Source: Octopus sinensis (taxonomy: Eukaryota). From it: a DNA stretch of 64,000 bases. Positions within the stretch are counted from its first letter, which is position 1, and each line of letters starts with the position of its first letter. Positions 1-13,677 of this stretch are shown one piece after another. The stretch spans positions 20,770,001 through 20,834,000 of the forward strand of contig NC_043016.1 of NCBI RefSeq assembly GCF_006345805.1, read 5' to 3'. The position numbers and the translations under genes were made by a program. The notes beneath the pieces were generated by a model. That model was not told the DNA's origin. It ran no database searches and saw nothing but the letters and a program-made list of their open reading frames with translations.

Positions 1-10
1 AAATATAACA

Positions 11-55
11 AAAGCTGTTACTCAGAGTTTCGCATTCCCATTCATCGGACAGTTT
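11..55 (-). ncRNA. Degenerate hammerhead-like motif
   Basis: Minus strand AAA-A-CTGT CCGATGA atgggaatgc GAAA CTCTGAGT A ACAG-C-TTT: stem I 7 of 8 pairs, near-palindromic stem III, weak stem II. Confidence 0.35.
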
Positions 56-578
56 TGTTAAAATGGAACAGAAATAACAATATAATCAAAATTAGTTAAA
101 GGATACACCTTTAAAAATGGATTTGTTTCATTAGTCCTTTCAATTAACAGTCTTAAGCATGCAATGAACAAAATAAATGAATCCAATATAAATTCATCCT
201 ATTGCAAAATTGAAGAAAACTTTAAATCGAAGAGTAAATTCAAAATACATATTGTAAATAATTATATACGAAATACAAGTCAATAAATTAAAATTTTCAC
301 TTTGTATTACATTAATATTTTACAACAGTATATACCCATACTAGACCATCTATAATATACATATATACATCAAAAGACACAGATGCATAATAGGAAGAAT
401 CCTAAAAGTAACAGCTAGCAAAAGAAAGAGGGAAGTAAGGGGGGAGGGAGAAGAGGAACGCATTGTTTAAGGACGCTATCAAAGTAATGAATAGGGAGAG
501 AAAGTATACTTTGCGTAAGGAAAGAAAATGAAAGAGGGATAGGTGACGGAATATGTGTAACAAACGTACACATAAAAT

Positions 579-614
<36 letters not shown>

Positions 615-1409
615 CAAATAAGAAAATGTAGAAGCACACTAGTTAGTTCATCAACTGTAGGATATTAAAATGTTGACTTATCTATTTATCAAAACGACAA
701 CCATAATAACATACATACATATCGTATATTATTCTATGCATATGAGATAAGAATACAAGCAGTTATTAAAAAACATGAATATAAATTATTAAAATCACTT
801 ACGGCTGTTTCAGATAAAAGCATCTCATTCTGCCTATATTAGCCAAGTGTATTGAGGTGATAGGCAGTTGAAAAGGATATATATATATATACATAAGTAT
901 ATATTAGCATATAAATACACATATAAGATCACGTATATAAATATACGGAAATATGCATGTAAATACATATCCACACAAATATAAGTGTATACATGCATAT
1001 ATATATATACATCCATGTATGTATGTTTATAAATATAAACATACACGCTTACTTACACATATACACAAACGCATACATACAAATACATATGCATGCCTAC
1101 AATACAGACATCCACATAAAAACATATCTAGATCTTTTTTTTAAAAATTGCTAAGTGTATAATAATAAAAATCAGATAAAAGACATGCAAAATGAAACAC
1201 CATATATCGAATTATCTATACATATAGCAATTAAATGGGTTTATAAAATACAATAAAATGATATAAAAATAAAATCTTAAACATGAAAATAATATATACA
1301 TATAACAGTTGAAGGTTTTCTTAAGAAATACGTCAAAATATATACAAAATCTTTGCAATGCAAAATAAATCATGCATATATATATAAAAATGAAGCGAAG
1401 AATCGAAAA

Positions 1410-2408
1410 AAACGCAATGATCACCAGAAAGGAGTTGCAAGAAGATTTGTTAGCTTCAGGGACTAGTGTTAAACTATGAACAATCAGCAATGAACTTCAT
1501 AGGAATGAACTGAAGTCACACTCTCCTAGAAAAACTCTGCTGTTGACTATTTAAAATTTGTTTATGAACATAAAGATAAATCTGATACATTCTGGGAAAA
1601 CGTTCTATGGACAGACGAGTTGAAAATTGAATTGTTTGGACAAAATTTGCATAGGCATGTTTGGAGGAAAGATGGTACCACCTATTTGCCAAAAATTACA
1701 ATTCCTACAATAAGGTTTGGAGGTGGCAACATCATGGTGTGGGGGTGTTTCTCTGCAAATGATACTGGCAATTTACATGTGATAGATGGTAGAATGAATG
1801 CAGAGATGTACCAAAATATTTTGAACAATAATTTATGGGACTCTGTAGAAAAGCTCCAGTTTTGTGAAGAGTGGGTTTTACAACAGGGTAACAACCCTAA
1901 GCACATAACGAAGTCTACCAAAAAATGGATTGACAATCACAATATAAAATTATTAGAATGGCCAAGCCAGTTACCTGACTTGAACCCCATTGAAAATTTG
2001 TGGCGTTATTTGAAAATTAAAATTCATTCAAGAGCCCAAACATGCATTGCAGATTTGAAGAAAATTTGTCAAGAAGAATGGGAAAAAATTCCTAAAGAAA
2101 CATGCGAGTCATTGATTAAGAACTACAAGAAGAGATTGGTTGAAGTGAAACTGAATAATGGTTATGTTACGAAGTATTAAATCAGAATTATCAGTTATTT
2201 ATGTTCTGTACGAATACTTTTTTCACCCCTAAATATTTATAATTGAATATAAATTCCTTAGTTACTATAATTTATTAGTGTCTTTTGCATATTCTTAGTT
2301 TATGCATGTGTATGCAAATATAGTATTGGTGTATATCCCATTTATTTTCATTAGAAATTAAATAAATAAAGAATTTTGACATGTACAAATATTTATTTCC
2401 CCCCACTG
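1410..2408 (+). mobile_element. 5'-truncated Tc1-family DNA transposon (DD34E type, inactive) with IR/DR-type right end
   Basis: ITRKELQEDLLASG...VLWTDELKIELFG...GGGNIMVWGCF...QQGNNPKH (second Asp changed to Gly)...WPSQLPDLNPIENLW. Stop at 1477, frameshift ~1550. Right end ...CCCCACTG at 2408, with an inner direct repeat at 2207-2230. Confidence 0.9.
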
Positions 2409-2463
2409 TGTATGTGTGTGTGTGTGTGTGTGTGTATGTGTGTGTATGTATGTATGCATGCAT

Positions 2464-2494
<31 letters not shown>

Positions 2495-2599
2495 CATTGG
2501 GCTTCATTTCCATCTACCAAACCCACTGACAAGGCTGAGACTAGGAAAATTAAAGTCCCCTGCTAAAAGTACTTTGGCCTGTGGGTTGACCTCATTCGT

Positions 2600-2900
2600 G
2601 GTTTGACTTATGAGCAACAAAGCATCTTTTGTGATCTCCTTGGCTAGCTGCATCAGGAAGACTGTAGGTAATGCCTATGATCAAATTGAGGTCAATCACA
2701 TGTATTATTAGCATATAATACACTGTGTTGGAGTGGGTGAGGAGGACATTTGTTGCCAGGTCTTCTTGGATGAAGATCACTATTTCTCCTTGTTTCTGTA
2801 TTCTGTAGTCAGTTCTGAGTAGTACATAACCTGCCATATGTACATATAACTTCCACAACCAATATGTCTGGGGTCAGGTGCATCTCACTTAGTGCTGCAC
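2600..2900 (-). mobile_element. Decayed APE-endonuclease fragment of a CR1/Jockey-type LINE, next to the assembly gap
   Basis: GYVLLRTDYRIQKQGEIVIFIQEDL...LIIGITYSLPD resembles the GY-x-L-x-R-x-DR..GGV..Y and IYRPP motifs. Confidence 0.5.
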
Positions 2901-2927
2901 ATATTGTCTTTCACTTGTACAAGGTCA

Positions 2928-3027
2928 NNNNNNNNNNNNNNNNNNNNNNNNNNNNNNNNNNNNNNNNNNNNNNNNNNNNNNNNNNNNNNNNNNNNNNNNN
3001 NNNNNNNNNNNNNNNNNNNNNNNNNNN
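2928..3027. other. Assembly gap (100 N)
   Basis: Run of exactly 100 N, typical of a placeholder for a gap of unknown size. Confidence 0.99.
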
Positions 3028-3469
3028 AGCTTAGAGTGTATATATATAAACAACGGTAGGATGAATTGATATATATAGCCCTAAATTTATTTGTTGTAGA
3101 ATCATGATCGCCAATCGACAGCTGATGAAAGGGAGTGTCCAACAGTGACTAATAATTATTGCCAAGTATAAAAAAGAACCATGTAGGGTGGTTATATATA
3201 CACGACAAATGTATGTGTGTATGTACGTACACGCACATACCTATATTCTATTATTGAAGAAACTATTCTGCTATCTGAGTACTATATGAAAACCACTTCA
3301 AAGCCTCGTACGAATTAATGCGCTTACTTGTTGAAATTTACCCATCTAATAATGGACAGATACACATACGAACATCCCTTCCTCCTAGGCATATATAAAT
3401 AGGTAATTAAATATACATTCAGATAGAAACAGCATGATAGTTAATGTATAGTGCCCGTTAGCCCGTTAT

Positions 3470-3514
<45 letters not shown>

Positions 3515-3878
3515 ATAATAGAAGCACTGAGCAGTTGAAGTGTACAATATAAATTTGTTACCGGTTCAAATTTATTTGAGGCATATTTTGAGAAATAGTG
3601 AATGTCTGACGGGGTTTATTAGAACTGGTAGCAGGATACCAACACACACACACATATATATTATCACTTACGTGCAATACGCATCTATATGTATATATAT
3701 ATCTATATATATATATAATATATATATATATATACCACACATACATACATATATATATATCTATATACACACATACATACATATATATAATATATATATA
3801 TATACACACATACATACATTATATATATATATATACACACATACATACATATATATATATATATAACACACATACATA

Positions 3879-3915
<37 letters not shown>

Positions 3916-4722
3916 GTATGTATATATATATTCACTCGCCTGCAATACGCATACGGAGAGAATATACGCATATCAGTGTTATAATTGTCTTCCTCAAAGA
4001 ACTACACTCTCACGCATACACATTTCCCTCCTATAAGTCAAGTGCAATATGAATATGTGCATATTCGTTTTTGTAGGTGTATTGCATGTGAGTGAATAAT
4101 TTAGGAATGCATATGTATGTATGTGTGTGTGTGTGTGTGTGTATGCATATACACATGTCGATGTGTGTGTAGGATGAAGACATTTGTTGAACACAAGATA
4201 TTTACGTCTTTACTGTAAGACAAATATATACAATGTAGTAACCAATTAGCTGGACGTTTCACTTGCTCACTCACACGCGTGTGTATATGTGTGTGTGGTG
4301 TGTGTGTGTCTGTCTATGTCTTAATACCGCCGTTCGCTCTCGTGTTTGTGGGTTCGATCTCAAACCTAATATCCTTGATGAGCAATAATAGCTTCCAAAC
4401 TTTCCTCTTTTTCTTTTCTTCTCCCTTTCCAACAACAGATCACGTCCTCCCCTCCCCCCCATCCCATTCATCTTTTATTTTTATTTTTGTGTTCAACGCT
4501 TATATTATTAACCGAGATTCTTTTGCTTCGAATGACGAAATCGGGAAAGACTTCCGTCCGTTCTCCCCATCAAAACCACCCTTAAATTTTTTTTTTTTGT
4601 GCTTCTCCGGATTTTTGCTTTCTACAAACGATATATACATATATATATATGAAAAGTATATGATGGGCTCTCCTGTCGGTTTCGACGTATGTGTGAGTCA
4701 TAATGCTATATACATACATACA

Positions 4723-4758
<36 letters not shown>

Positions 4759-4876
4759 TATATATACACACACACGAGATATATACATATATTATATATA
4801 TGTATATGTAGCATATATGTACATAGCATAATATATAATGTATGTATATACATATAGCGTATATATATAATGTGTG

Positions 4877-4908
<32 letters not shown>

Positions 4909-4999
4909 ATATTATATATATATATGCAATGTATATAATGGCGGTGCCCCAGCATGGCACAGCTCGTGAGCTGAAACTAGATAAAATTAAAAAAAAATT

Positions 5000-5037
<38 letters not shown>

Positions 5038-5304
5038 TATATAATACAATGTATATAAATATAATGTGTTGTGTGTATATATATATATATATATTATATT
5101 ATATATATTAATACATGAATATATGAGTCAACGACTATAGCAAATGTTACAAAACGTAACGAAAATTTTAGAAAGAATAAATAACTAAATGGGTGGAAAT
5201 CGAACCGGTGAGTGTGTTAAATAATAAGGCACTAAAAGAGAATGACTCTTCCCAGACACAATAATATACATAACATATATAAAACGTATATATAAATAAT
5301 GTGC

Positions 5305-5338
<34 letters not shown>

Positions 5339-5619
5339 CATCATCATCATCATCATCATCATTTAGCGTCCGCTTTCCATGCTAGCATGGGTTGGACGGT
5401 TCAACTGGGGTCTGTGAAGCTGGAAGGCTTCGTCAGGCCCAGTCAGATCTGACAGTGTTTCTACGGCTGGATGCCCTTCCTAACGCCAACCACTCCGTGA
5501 GTGTAGTGGGTGCTTTTATGTGCCACCAGCACATATATATATATGTATATATAGTATATATATATTTATATATATATAAACACACACATATATATATATA
5601 TATATCAAATGTGACCGCG

Positions 5620-5836
5620 TGTGTACCGTTGGGGATTTTTTTTCCTCTGTCTTCCCTTCTCTGGATCTTTCCTTCTATTTTCCGACGAAGAGCTCCGCTT
5701 TAAACGTTAAACCCTCCTTCTTCCCTTCTTTCCTGAGCGTCCAATAATACTATATTTGTTCCACGTCCTCGTGTTGTGTTTTTTTGTGCTTTCTTGTTTG
5801 GATTAACTTTATATATATATATATATATATATAATA

Positions 5837-5867
<31 letters not shown>

Positions 5868-6010
5868 AGTGAGAATATCAAAAAACAAAGACGATGACAG
5901 GTTTGTAAAAAACAGATGTATTAGTTTAACACTCGAGAAGTGAGACATTTCGAGCCTATGCTCTTCAACAGAAAGGATAACAGAAATAACAGGGAGAGAA
6001 AATGGAAAAG
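5620..6010. mobile_element. Two Penelope-like terminal-repeat fragments in opposite orientation, each with a decayed hammerhead core
   Basis: Plus strand 5682-5708: CCGACGA A GAGC TCC GCTT TAAACGT. Minus strand 5944-5971: CTGTTGA A GAGC ATAG GCTC GAAA TGTC. Confidence 0.35.
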
Positions 6011-6296
6011 GTTTAGTGGCTAGCGATCTATCATACACACACACATATATATAATCTATCTATAGTCTATATATACTGGAGTAAACACATAAATGTGAAA
6101 CAAGGTGGAAAAAAAGAGTACTCAAATACCAGTGGTAGAGTAATATGCTTTATTAAAAGCCGCAAATTCAACAAATTTTGTTTGTTAATTTTCTGCTGCT
6201 TTAAATAAAGTATAGTCTATATATATATTTATACACATATATGTATTATCTATCTATCTATTTATATCTATCAATATATATATATATGTATGTATG

Positions 6297-6367
<71 letters not shown>

Positions 6368-6436
6368 TATATATATATATATATTATAATTATAATATAT
6401 ATATATATAATATATATTATATATATTATATATATA

Positions 6437-6466
<30 letters not shown>

Positions 6467-6467
<1 letters not shown>

Positions 6468-6975
6468 AAGCAAGAGAGAAGATGGAGATAATATAATTAA
6501 GAATTTATTAATACATTGACAAGACCTACAATTATTCCAATTCATTGCTTAAAGCATAAAATTAATTAAATTAATTTAATTAAATCAAAATATCATCAGG
6601 GAAGAACATACAACGAAATTTATATATAACATATTGAAAACAAAATGAAAAACATTAAATAAGCAAACAGGAAAACTACAGTATACCCATTAAAATTAAT
6701 ACATAATTTAAAAATATATACAGTTATATTATGTATTAATTTTAATGGGTACACTGTATTTTTCTTGTTTGTTTATTTAATGTTTTCAATATGTTATATA
6801 TAAATTTCTTTGTACGTTCTTCCCTGATGATATTCTGGCTTATAATAATTAATCAAATTGATCTAATTAAATTAAATTTGATTGATTTTATGCTATAAGT
6901 GAGGAATTGAAACAATTGTAGGTCTTATCAATCTTTTGATAAATTTTTATTAATCTTATCGCCATCTCTCTTCAT
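6467..6975. repeat. ~500-bp imperfect foldback (two ~245-bp inverted arms)
   Basis: e.g. GACCTACAATT..TCATCAGGGAAGAAC..CCCATTAAAATTAATACATAAT is mirrored by ATTATGTATTAATTTTAATGGG..GTTCTTCCCTGATGA..AATTGTAGGTC. Confidence 0.85.
6822..6922 (+). ncRNA. Hammerhead-like motif with a long AT-rich stem II, in the right arm of a foldback
   Basis: CTGATGA 6824-6830; ~78-nt self-complementary stem II; GAAA 6909-6912; palindrome ACAATTGT; GTA triplet. Only 2 proximal bp of stem I. Confidence 0.4.
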
Positions 6976-7938
6976 TTTTATAATAATAATATATTTGGGT
7001 TCAGTTCCACCACGTGGCACCTTGGGCAAGTGTCAGGCTGACCATAGCCTCAGGCTGGCCAAAGCCTTCTGAGTGGATTTGGTAGGCAGAAACTGAAAGA
7101 AGCCTGTTGTATATATATGTGTGTGTGTGTGTGTTTGTCTCCCCCAACATTGTTCGACAACCAATGCTGGCATGTTTACATCTCCGTAACTTAGTGGTTC
7201 AGCAAAAGAAACTGATAGAATGAGTACTAGGTTTACAAAGAATAAGTCTTGGGGTTGATTTGCTCGACTAAAGGCAGTGCTCCAGCATGGCCACAGTCAA
7301 ATGGCTGAAACAAGTAAAAGAATAAAAGAATATGTGTGCCTATATTATAAGGTATTCAACCAGAGTAATGTTGGATACTTCTATCCCTCTGAGGTAGTCA
7401 TGATGGGTATACTGGGCTTCGTATATTTTACCCCAGTGTCACTTTGATGGCATGCACTGCTCTCTCAATAATAATAATGAAAAAAAAGGCATAGGAGTGG
7501 CTGTGTGGTAGGTAGCTTGCTTACAAATCACATGGTCCCGGGCTCAGTCCCACTGCGTTGCACCTTGGGCAAGTGTCTTCTTCTATAGCCTCGGGCTGAC
7601 CAAAGCCTTGTGAGTGGATTTGGTACACAGAAACTGAAAGACACCTGTCATATATATGTATGTATGTGTGTATGTATGTATGTATATGTATGTATGTGTG
7701 TGTGTATGTATGTATGTAAGTTTAATAGAAAAGGAAGACAGAGGAAAAAATTGACAATTAACATGTTACATTTTATGTGTATGTGTGTGTGTATATATAT
7801 ATATATATTCATTCTGCCTCAAAAATGGATCTACAACTTCAATATCCCTACATATCTTTACATATATTCGTTTCTCCACCTCACTCTCTATTTTGTATCA
7901 CATCTAAACTAACTATTACTTAACCATCCTCTCACACC

Positions 7939-7990
7939 GTCTCCAATGAAGGCATATAAGTAATAAATATCCTGGAAACAGCTGTAAGAC
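7939..7990 (+). ncRNA. Degenerate hammerhead-like motif (Penelope pLTR-type repeat)
   Basis: GTCT CCAATGA AGG(C)ATAT..ATATCCT G GAAA CAGCTGT A AGAC: stems I, II and III are all recognisable; core has 2 mismatches. Confidence 0.45.
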
Positions 7991-8203
7991 CTATCTATTA
8001 ATGTTCTATCTACACAGCCTTGTTTTCTTTTATCAAATTATGCAAAAAATTCTTATATATATACACATACACACACACACATAATATATATAATATATAT
8101 ATATATAATATATATATATATATTATATATATATAATATATATATATATATTATATATATATATTATATATATATATATATTATTTATATATGTATATAC
8201 ATG

Positions 8204-8204
<1 letters not shown>

Positions 8205-8261
<57 letters not shown>

Positions 8262-8282
8262 TAGATAGATAGATAGATAGAT

Positions 8283-8380
<98 letters not shown>
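8205..8380. repeat. (ATAG)n tetranucleotide array flanked by (TA)n and (CA)n
   Basis: Directly visible. Confidence 0.95.
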
Positions 8381-8381
<1 letters not shown>

Positions 8382-8404
8382 TGTGTACACACACACACAC
8401 ACAT

Positions 8405-8525
8405 ATGTGTAAAAACCGAGAGAGAAGATAGATGTAAGATTAATAAAAATTTAATTGCATGTCTTGTCTATGTATTAATAAATTTTTATCAATCTTATCT
8501 CCATCCTTTCTCTTGGTTTTTATAA
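8405..8525. repeat. Short palindromic derivative of the 6.5-kb foldback family (termini only)
   Basis: AAACCGAGAGAGAAGATAGATGTAAGATTAATAAAAATTT ... AAATTTTTATCAATCTTATCTCCATCCTTTCTCTTGGTTTT shares its ends with 6467-6975. Confidence 0.6.
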
Positions 8526-9004
8526 AAATAATGTGTGTGCCCATATTATTAGGTATTCAACCAGTCTAATCATGGATATTTCTATTCCCTTGAGGTTTAT
8601 ATATCCTCACTTGTACTTTAACGTATGTATGCATGCATGCATATATGCATGTATGCATGTTTGTGTACAAACACACACGTCAATTGTTCGATCAACTGAA
8701 TTATCTGCTCCTGAATTAACATAAGCATTCTACAGACACGTGTCTTCTTGACGTAATTCTCAGGCAGGATCAGTCTGACACGGGCTGTACCATTTTTTTA
8801 AAATTACAAGTACAGCGCGCACTCGACGGGTTTTTCTACATTTTCTTTTGACCTGTAGTTACAGAAAATGATATTCGCCCAAAATCCCCACATAATGGGT
8901 TCGAGACCATCAAACTTAATCATTTGGTCATATTCCGCCTACCCACACGTGTGTATGTGCGTTTATTCATGCATGTGTGTGTGTCTATGTATGTATTTGT
9001 GTGC

Positions 9005-9045
<41 letters not shown>

Positions 9046-10949
9046 TATATATATATACACACATATATATATATACACGCACACACAATTACTTTATGGT
9101 AGAGATTGGAGTCGTTAGGATATTCGCCGAAATAATTGTCGGCTACTGTACATCTTTTTCTTTCGGTTAATCAATGAAAGAAGACGGCCAAGGGATGAGT
9201 CAGTTTTCATATATACTGAATCATCCAACCTGTAGAGCTAATCGACATATGAACTTTAGTATATAATGCATATGCAAGAAACGAATCAATCGCTATCGGA
9301 CGAGCCATTGTATTTTAATAAAATAAATATTATTCTAGTCTGAGAGAAAAGGAAACAAAGAAACATCTGTTCTTTGTAATCTAGCTTTAAACAATTATAA
9401 ATTCAACCAGCCAGTGCCAAATTAAACAGGCCAATTGATTTTTACATGTAACTTAGGATCGTGAGAAAATTTCATCCACGCCCTAAACAATATATTTAAC
9501 TGAAAAGCTAAAGAAAGCCGTGTATAATGGAACAAAAGGCCAGCTGAAATTTCGTAGAAGTTCTATAATATTACATTGTATTAAATGAACAAAGAAACAA
9601 TGCTTCAACAACATTTTATACACAACTTGTTTTTCAAAGCTAGATATGTAAATGAGGGAAATATTAATGCAAATTTTTATATACTCTCTCGAAATGCAAG
9701 ACACAAATGCCTATAAAGAAAGTGTGATATATATTTTGTTTAAATTTTCTTGTCATTTCTTCAATTATTTCCTTTCTTTTGTGGCTGAAACAAAAGTAGC
9801 CTCACAGAGCGAGCAACGAGAGAACCTGTATATGGTCGTTCGGCCTGCTAGAAATAGCAGACAAATCTTCAACCCACTCCACCCCACCCCGTTCCCTACA
9901 GTATAAAATAGAGGACACATTTGATGATGTAATCTTTAAAAAGGGTGGGTGGCTATGGTTAGCCTGCATTTAATTATAGGTTCACTTAATAAAAATTCAC
10001 TTGATGCTTAGCAACACAACAAACCTTAAAAAAAAAATTAGGAAACAACATCAAAATATGCAGAATTCAACTACACCGCAATTCCCAATGTAAACATTTA
10101 TTACTGAAATATCCTAAAATATCCCAGAACTACATAAAAAGTATAGATCCTCCACACACAACAGAACTATCCAGCCTGATTTAAACTAGGGATTAACTTA
10201 TACCATGCTCAGTAGATATATATAACCCACCGCTATTATACAATTAAACAAGAAAATAAACTTAAAAACGCCCCAAAATTTGGCAAACATTTAAATCATA
10301 CGTAAAGCACAGGGTAAATTCTAAAACACTATTTAGAGGAATTAACTAGATTTAAACAATAATAATGCTAATACTACACCCCATATTAATATCGGTCTCA
10401 ACATATTAGGCAAACACTGTTGTCGAACATTTCTTGAAATTCAGCAAAAAAAAAAAAAGACCATGTTTTTTAAGTGAAAAATACATATCTTTGTTTCATC
10501 CAGCTCATGATTTTGGCCCCTTTCCTTCCATCAGACGCACAAAAAAATCAATAGAATAATCTAAAAACTAAAACCCTTTGGAGTTTGATCAAAATCATAA
10601 GCATAAACCTTATGGATAATGAAGTAATCACTGCTCTCACCACATCAACTGCTCAAGGCAACAAAGGAGCATCTTTGTGGTTGCTTGACCTGTTAGAAGC
10701 AGTAGCCAAATCTCCCTCAAATCACACATTGTCTTTAAAAAAAAAAAGAGCACATTGGAGAGTGTAGTCCTGGATAACTTATGCATGAGGTGGGTAGCTA
10801 GAAAGACTTTTTGATTCTAGGTCTGCTCAACTACTGTTTATAAACAGGTAAACAACATATAGAAATGTCATTAGACAATATTTCCATAAATATCATCAAT
10901 TTCGTGAAGTGTGGCAGAAGGGGGAAATCCTAACAGTTCAAAAGCATAA

Positions 10950-11300
10950 GTGAAACAGTATCATACATATCGTTCATCCTCAGAAAGACTTGTCCTTAAT
11001 ATCACTAACCATTACATTTTTTCCAGATCAAAACACATTCTGACCAGTACACATAATCTCCACACTATACATGAACTTAACACAGGGCATATGTTTCAAC
11101 AATGAAAATACCTCCCATTCACATTATTCTTATTACTACCAAACTAATACTTGCAAAGCAGAATTTCATGAATGGAGTACTTCAAGGATCCATCTTCCTA
11201 CCCATTCTTTTCCACTTGTTCAAACATGACCTACTCACACCTCAGAAATACAGTCTCATATGCACATGACATCACACTCACAGCCTCACCCTTTTCTCCA
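10950..11300 (+). mobile_element. Highly decayed non-LTR reverse transcriptase fragment
   Basis: NGVLQGSIFLPILFHLFKHDL...SYAHDITL resembles GVPQGSVLSP and YADD. Confidence 0.45.
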
Positions 11301-12387
11301 AGTACAGCTGCATAACTACTTCATGTGGAAACCTGGTTCCACAACAGCTGACATAATGTAGCATCAGTCAGTGCCGTCTCCTTTCTTATCAGCAACACCA
11401 GAGAATATCAAATACCTCCAACCCTCTCACTCAACAACATAAATATTACACACATACATGCAAAAAACAAAAGAAATTACATGCAACGCTGATACAAAAT
11501 TCACAATACGCATAAAAGACATACTAAAGAAAGAAAAATGGCACACAGACATATTCTTGGTAAGAAAAAAAGAATTGGCTGCAGTTTGGGAGGTGGGAAG
11601 GCTTGACGACTGTACAATGCCCCAAAGCATCCTTTGTGTTTCATATAATGGTCTTGCCAGGGTTGTGGTGCTGGGTAAGAGCTGTCTAATTTATAAGGAT
11701 AAATCTCAGGTCGAAAGAGGAATGATATAACTGACCCAACAAATCTGTGAGTCATGATGAGTCATTCAGCTATGTACATCTTATAGGATTGCTGAGTCAG
11801 AGCAATCTGGAGCTACACAACAATTCAGATCTTTATATAACCAACAAGGGCAAGTCTATACAGTTACTTTGTGTGAAAAATAGCAACCAACTTTTCCTCA
11901 GATCTTATCTTATTGCTTTAAATGTAGAATACATCGTAAAATATATTTGAATTAAAACGAAAGAGAGGATCGTGTCTAGAATGACTTTCATAATAATTCT
12001 GCAAGTTATATTCTAATAACCTAAATCTATGAACTAGAATTAATTTTAACATAAACTAAAATTAATGTCAAATTTGAAATTCTAGCTTTGTGATTATTTA
12101 ACTACTAGAGATGATACCTAGAATTTCTTAGGGACTTTTTAACTATATAAACCATAATTTAGTTTGTTTATGTAATTTGTTTCTGAGTGTTTTTAGTTAA
12201 GAGAGGTGGAAGTGACCAAGACCTACACAGGCTCTCCACTAGGGATAAAATTGATATGGTTGTTCTATTTTTAACTTCGGTATGTTAAAACTGTTGTAGG
12301 TAATAAAAAAAAAACCTACTATAGATGAGAAGGGGATCCCAGATGATCGATATTCTAGAAAAAAAAAGAAAGATTGGGCAAAGTAAT

Positions 12388-12792
12388 TTACTCTTTTTAC
12401 TTGTTTCAGTCATTTGACTGCGGCCATGCTGGAGCACCACCTTTAGTCGAGCAAATCGACCCCGGGACTTATTCTTTGTAAGCCCAGTACTTATTCGATC
12501 GGTCTCTTTTGCCGAACCGCTAAGTGACGGGGACGTAAACACACCAGCATCGGTTGTCAAGCAATGCTAAGGGGACAAACACAGACACACAAACATGTAC
12601 ACACACACTTATATATATATACATATATACGACAGGCTTCTTTCAGTTTCCGTCTACCAAATCCACTCACAAGGCATTGGTCAGCCCGGGGCTATAGCAG
12701 AAGACACTTGCCCAAGGTGCCACGCAGTGGGACTGAACCCGGAACCATGTGGCTGGTTAGCAAGCTACTTACCACACAGCCACTCCTGCGCC
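12388..12792 (-). mobile_element. Near full-length tRNA-derived SINE (family B; CORE-like ACCTTGGGCAAGT) with an internal microsatellite
   Basis: Head GGCGCAGGAGTGGCTGTGTGGTAAG (A box) ... GGTTCAGTCCC (B box). Other copies at ~6997-7330, 7487-7650, 37345-37500, 38240-38435, 43240-43520, 61798-61990 and 63148-63480. Confidence 0.85.
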
Positions 12793-13294
12793 GATTTGTG
12801 GAAAAGTTTGAGAGTGGAACATTGAGAAACAGTTGGAGTAATGAAAGGAAGGGAAACATGCTAGCTGAGATTAGATGAAGGTGGTATATAACTAAGCAAT
12901 TAAGAGAAGTAGCTGTAGATGTAATGAAAGGAAGCAGTATATCTGTGATGTGTCTATGGATGAATATTTTTGAATCACTGAGGTGGCTTTTAAATATCGT
13001 CTTGGATATTTTTGTGTGTAGTAGTAGTAGTAGTAGTAGTAGTACATAGTTTCATTTTGAAAAGGATCAGTAATTGACCAAAGCTTAAGTATTTTCTAGT
13101 CCTGGACAGAAATGATAACTTTTGTGATGTAGTTTTGTTATCTATGTGGATTGACCAAGCAAAATCATCAGGGATTGTGAAGTCTGGCATAAGTTGCTCA
13201 AGATTACAGATCAGGAATCAGCAATTTTTTTTTTTGTAATGGCCTGCTTTTAATTTTTTTAATAACCCACGGTTCAAAAATATATTAAATTATA

Positions 13295-13630
13295 TCTTTA
13301 TATATATAAACGACAAAATGTCTGTCTGTGTGTGTATCCTTTATACAAATCCACAATTTTTCAGTTAGAGGGCTCGCACTTTCTAGGGTCATTCAAAACC
13401 ATCCAAAGGTGGTCGTGCACTTCCCCAGTCACCCCGCAAAGCCATTAAAAAATCAATAGAAGTGACTTTTTTTTGTGAATTTTCTATCCAAATCCCAATC
13501 AAAATGCCTGAAACTTGATACGCCAATTGAATGCCAGCTAGCTGTATGTGATTGGTCGGACAGTACTCGCGTGTATGTGCGCATGCATGCACTAGCACTA
13601 TGACCCCACGTTGCCGGGTCATAGTGCTAG
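13295..13630 (+). mobile_element. Non-autonomous Helitron-like element
   Basis: A|TC...TATATATAAAC start, CTAG|T end, perfect 15-bp hairpin ACTAGCACTATGACC/GGTCATAGTGCTAGT at 13591-13631. Second copy at 56004-56382. Confidence 0.7.
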
Positions 13631-13677
13631 TCTTAGATATAAAAATACTCCCCCCACACACAGACACACATATGTGT

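Noticed and set aside
796-835. Hammerhead-like motif on the minus strand (GAAACAGCCGTA)
   Set aside because: Core reads CAGAATGA and stem I does not pair; too decayed to call.
3115-3155. CTGATGA followed by a short stem
   Set aside because: GAAA and stem III are missing.
8735-8790. ACACGTGT palindrome with CTGATC nearby on the minus strand
   Set aside because: Neither core strand matches, and stem I conflicts with the cleavage triplet.
402-9170. Many ORFs rich in YI/CV/HT/YLSI
   Set aside because: Translations of (TA)n, (CA)n, (TG)n and (ATAG)n microsatellites.
12740-12792. tRNA gene candidates (A and B boxes)
   Set aside because: SINE heads continuing into repeat bodies; no full cloverleaf.
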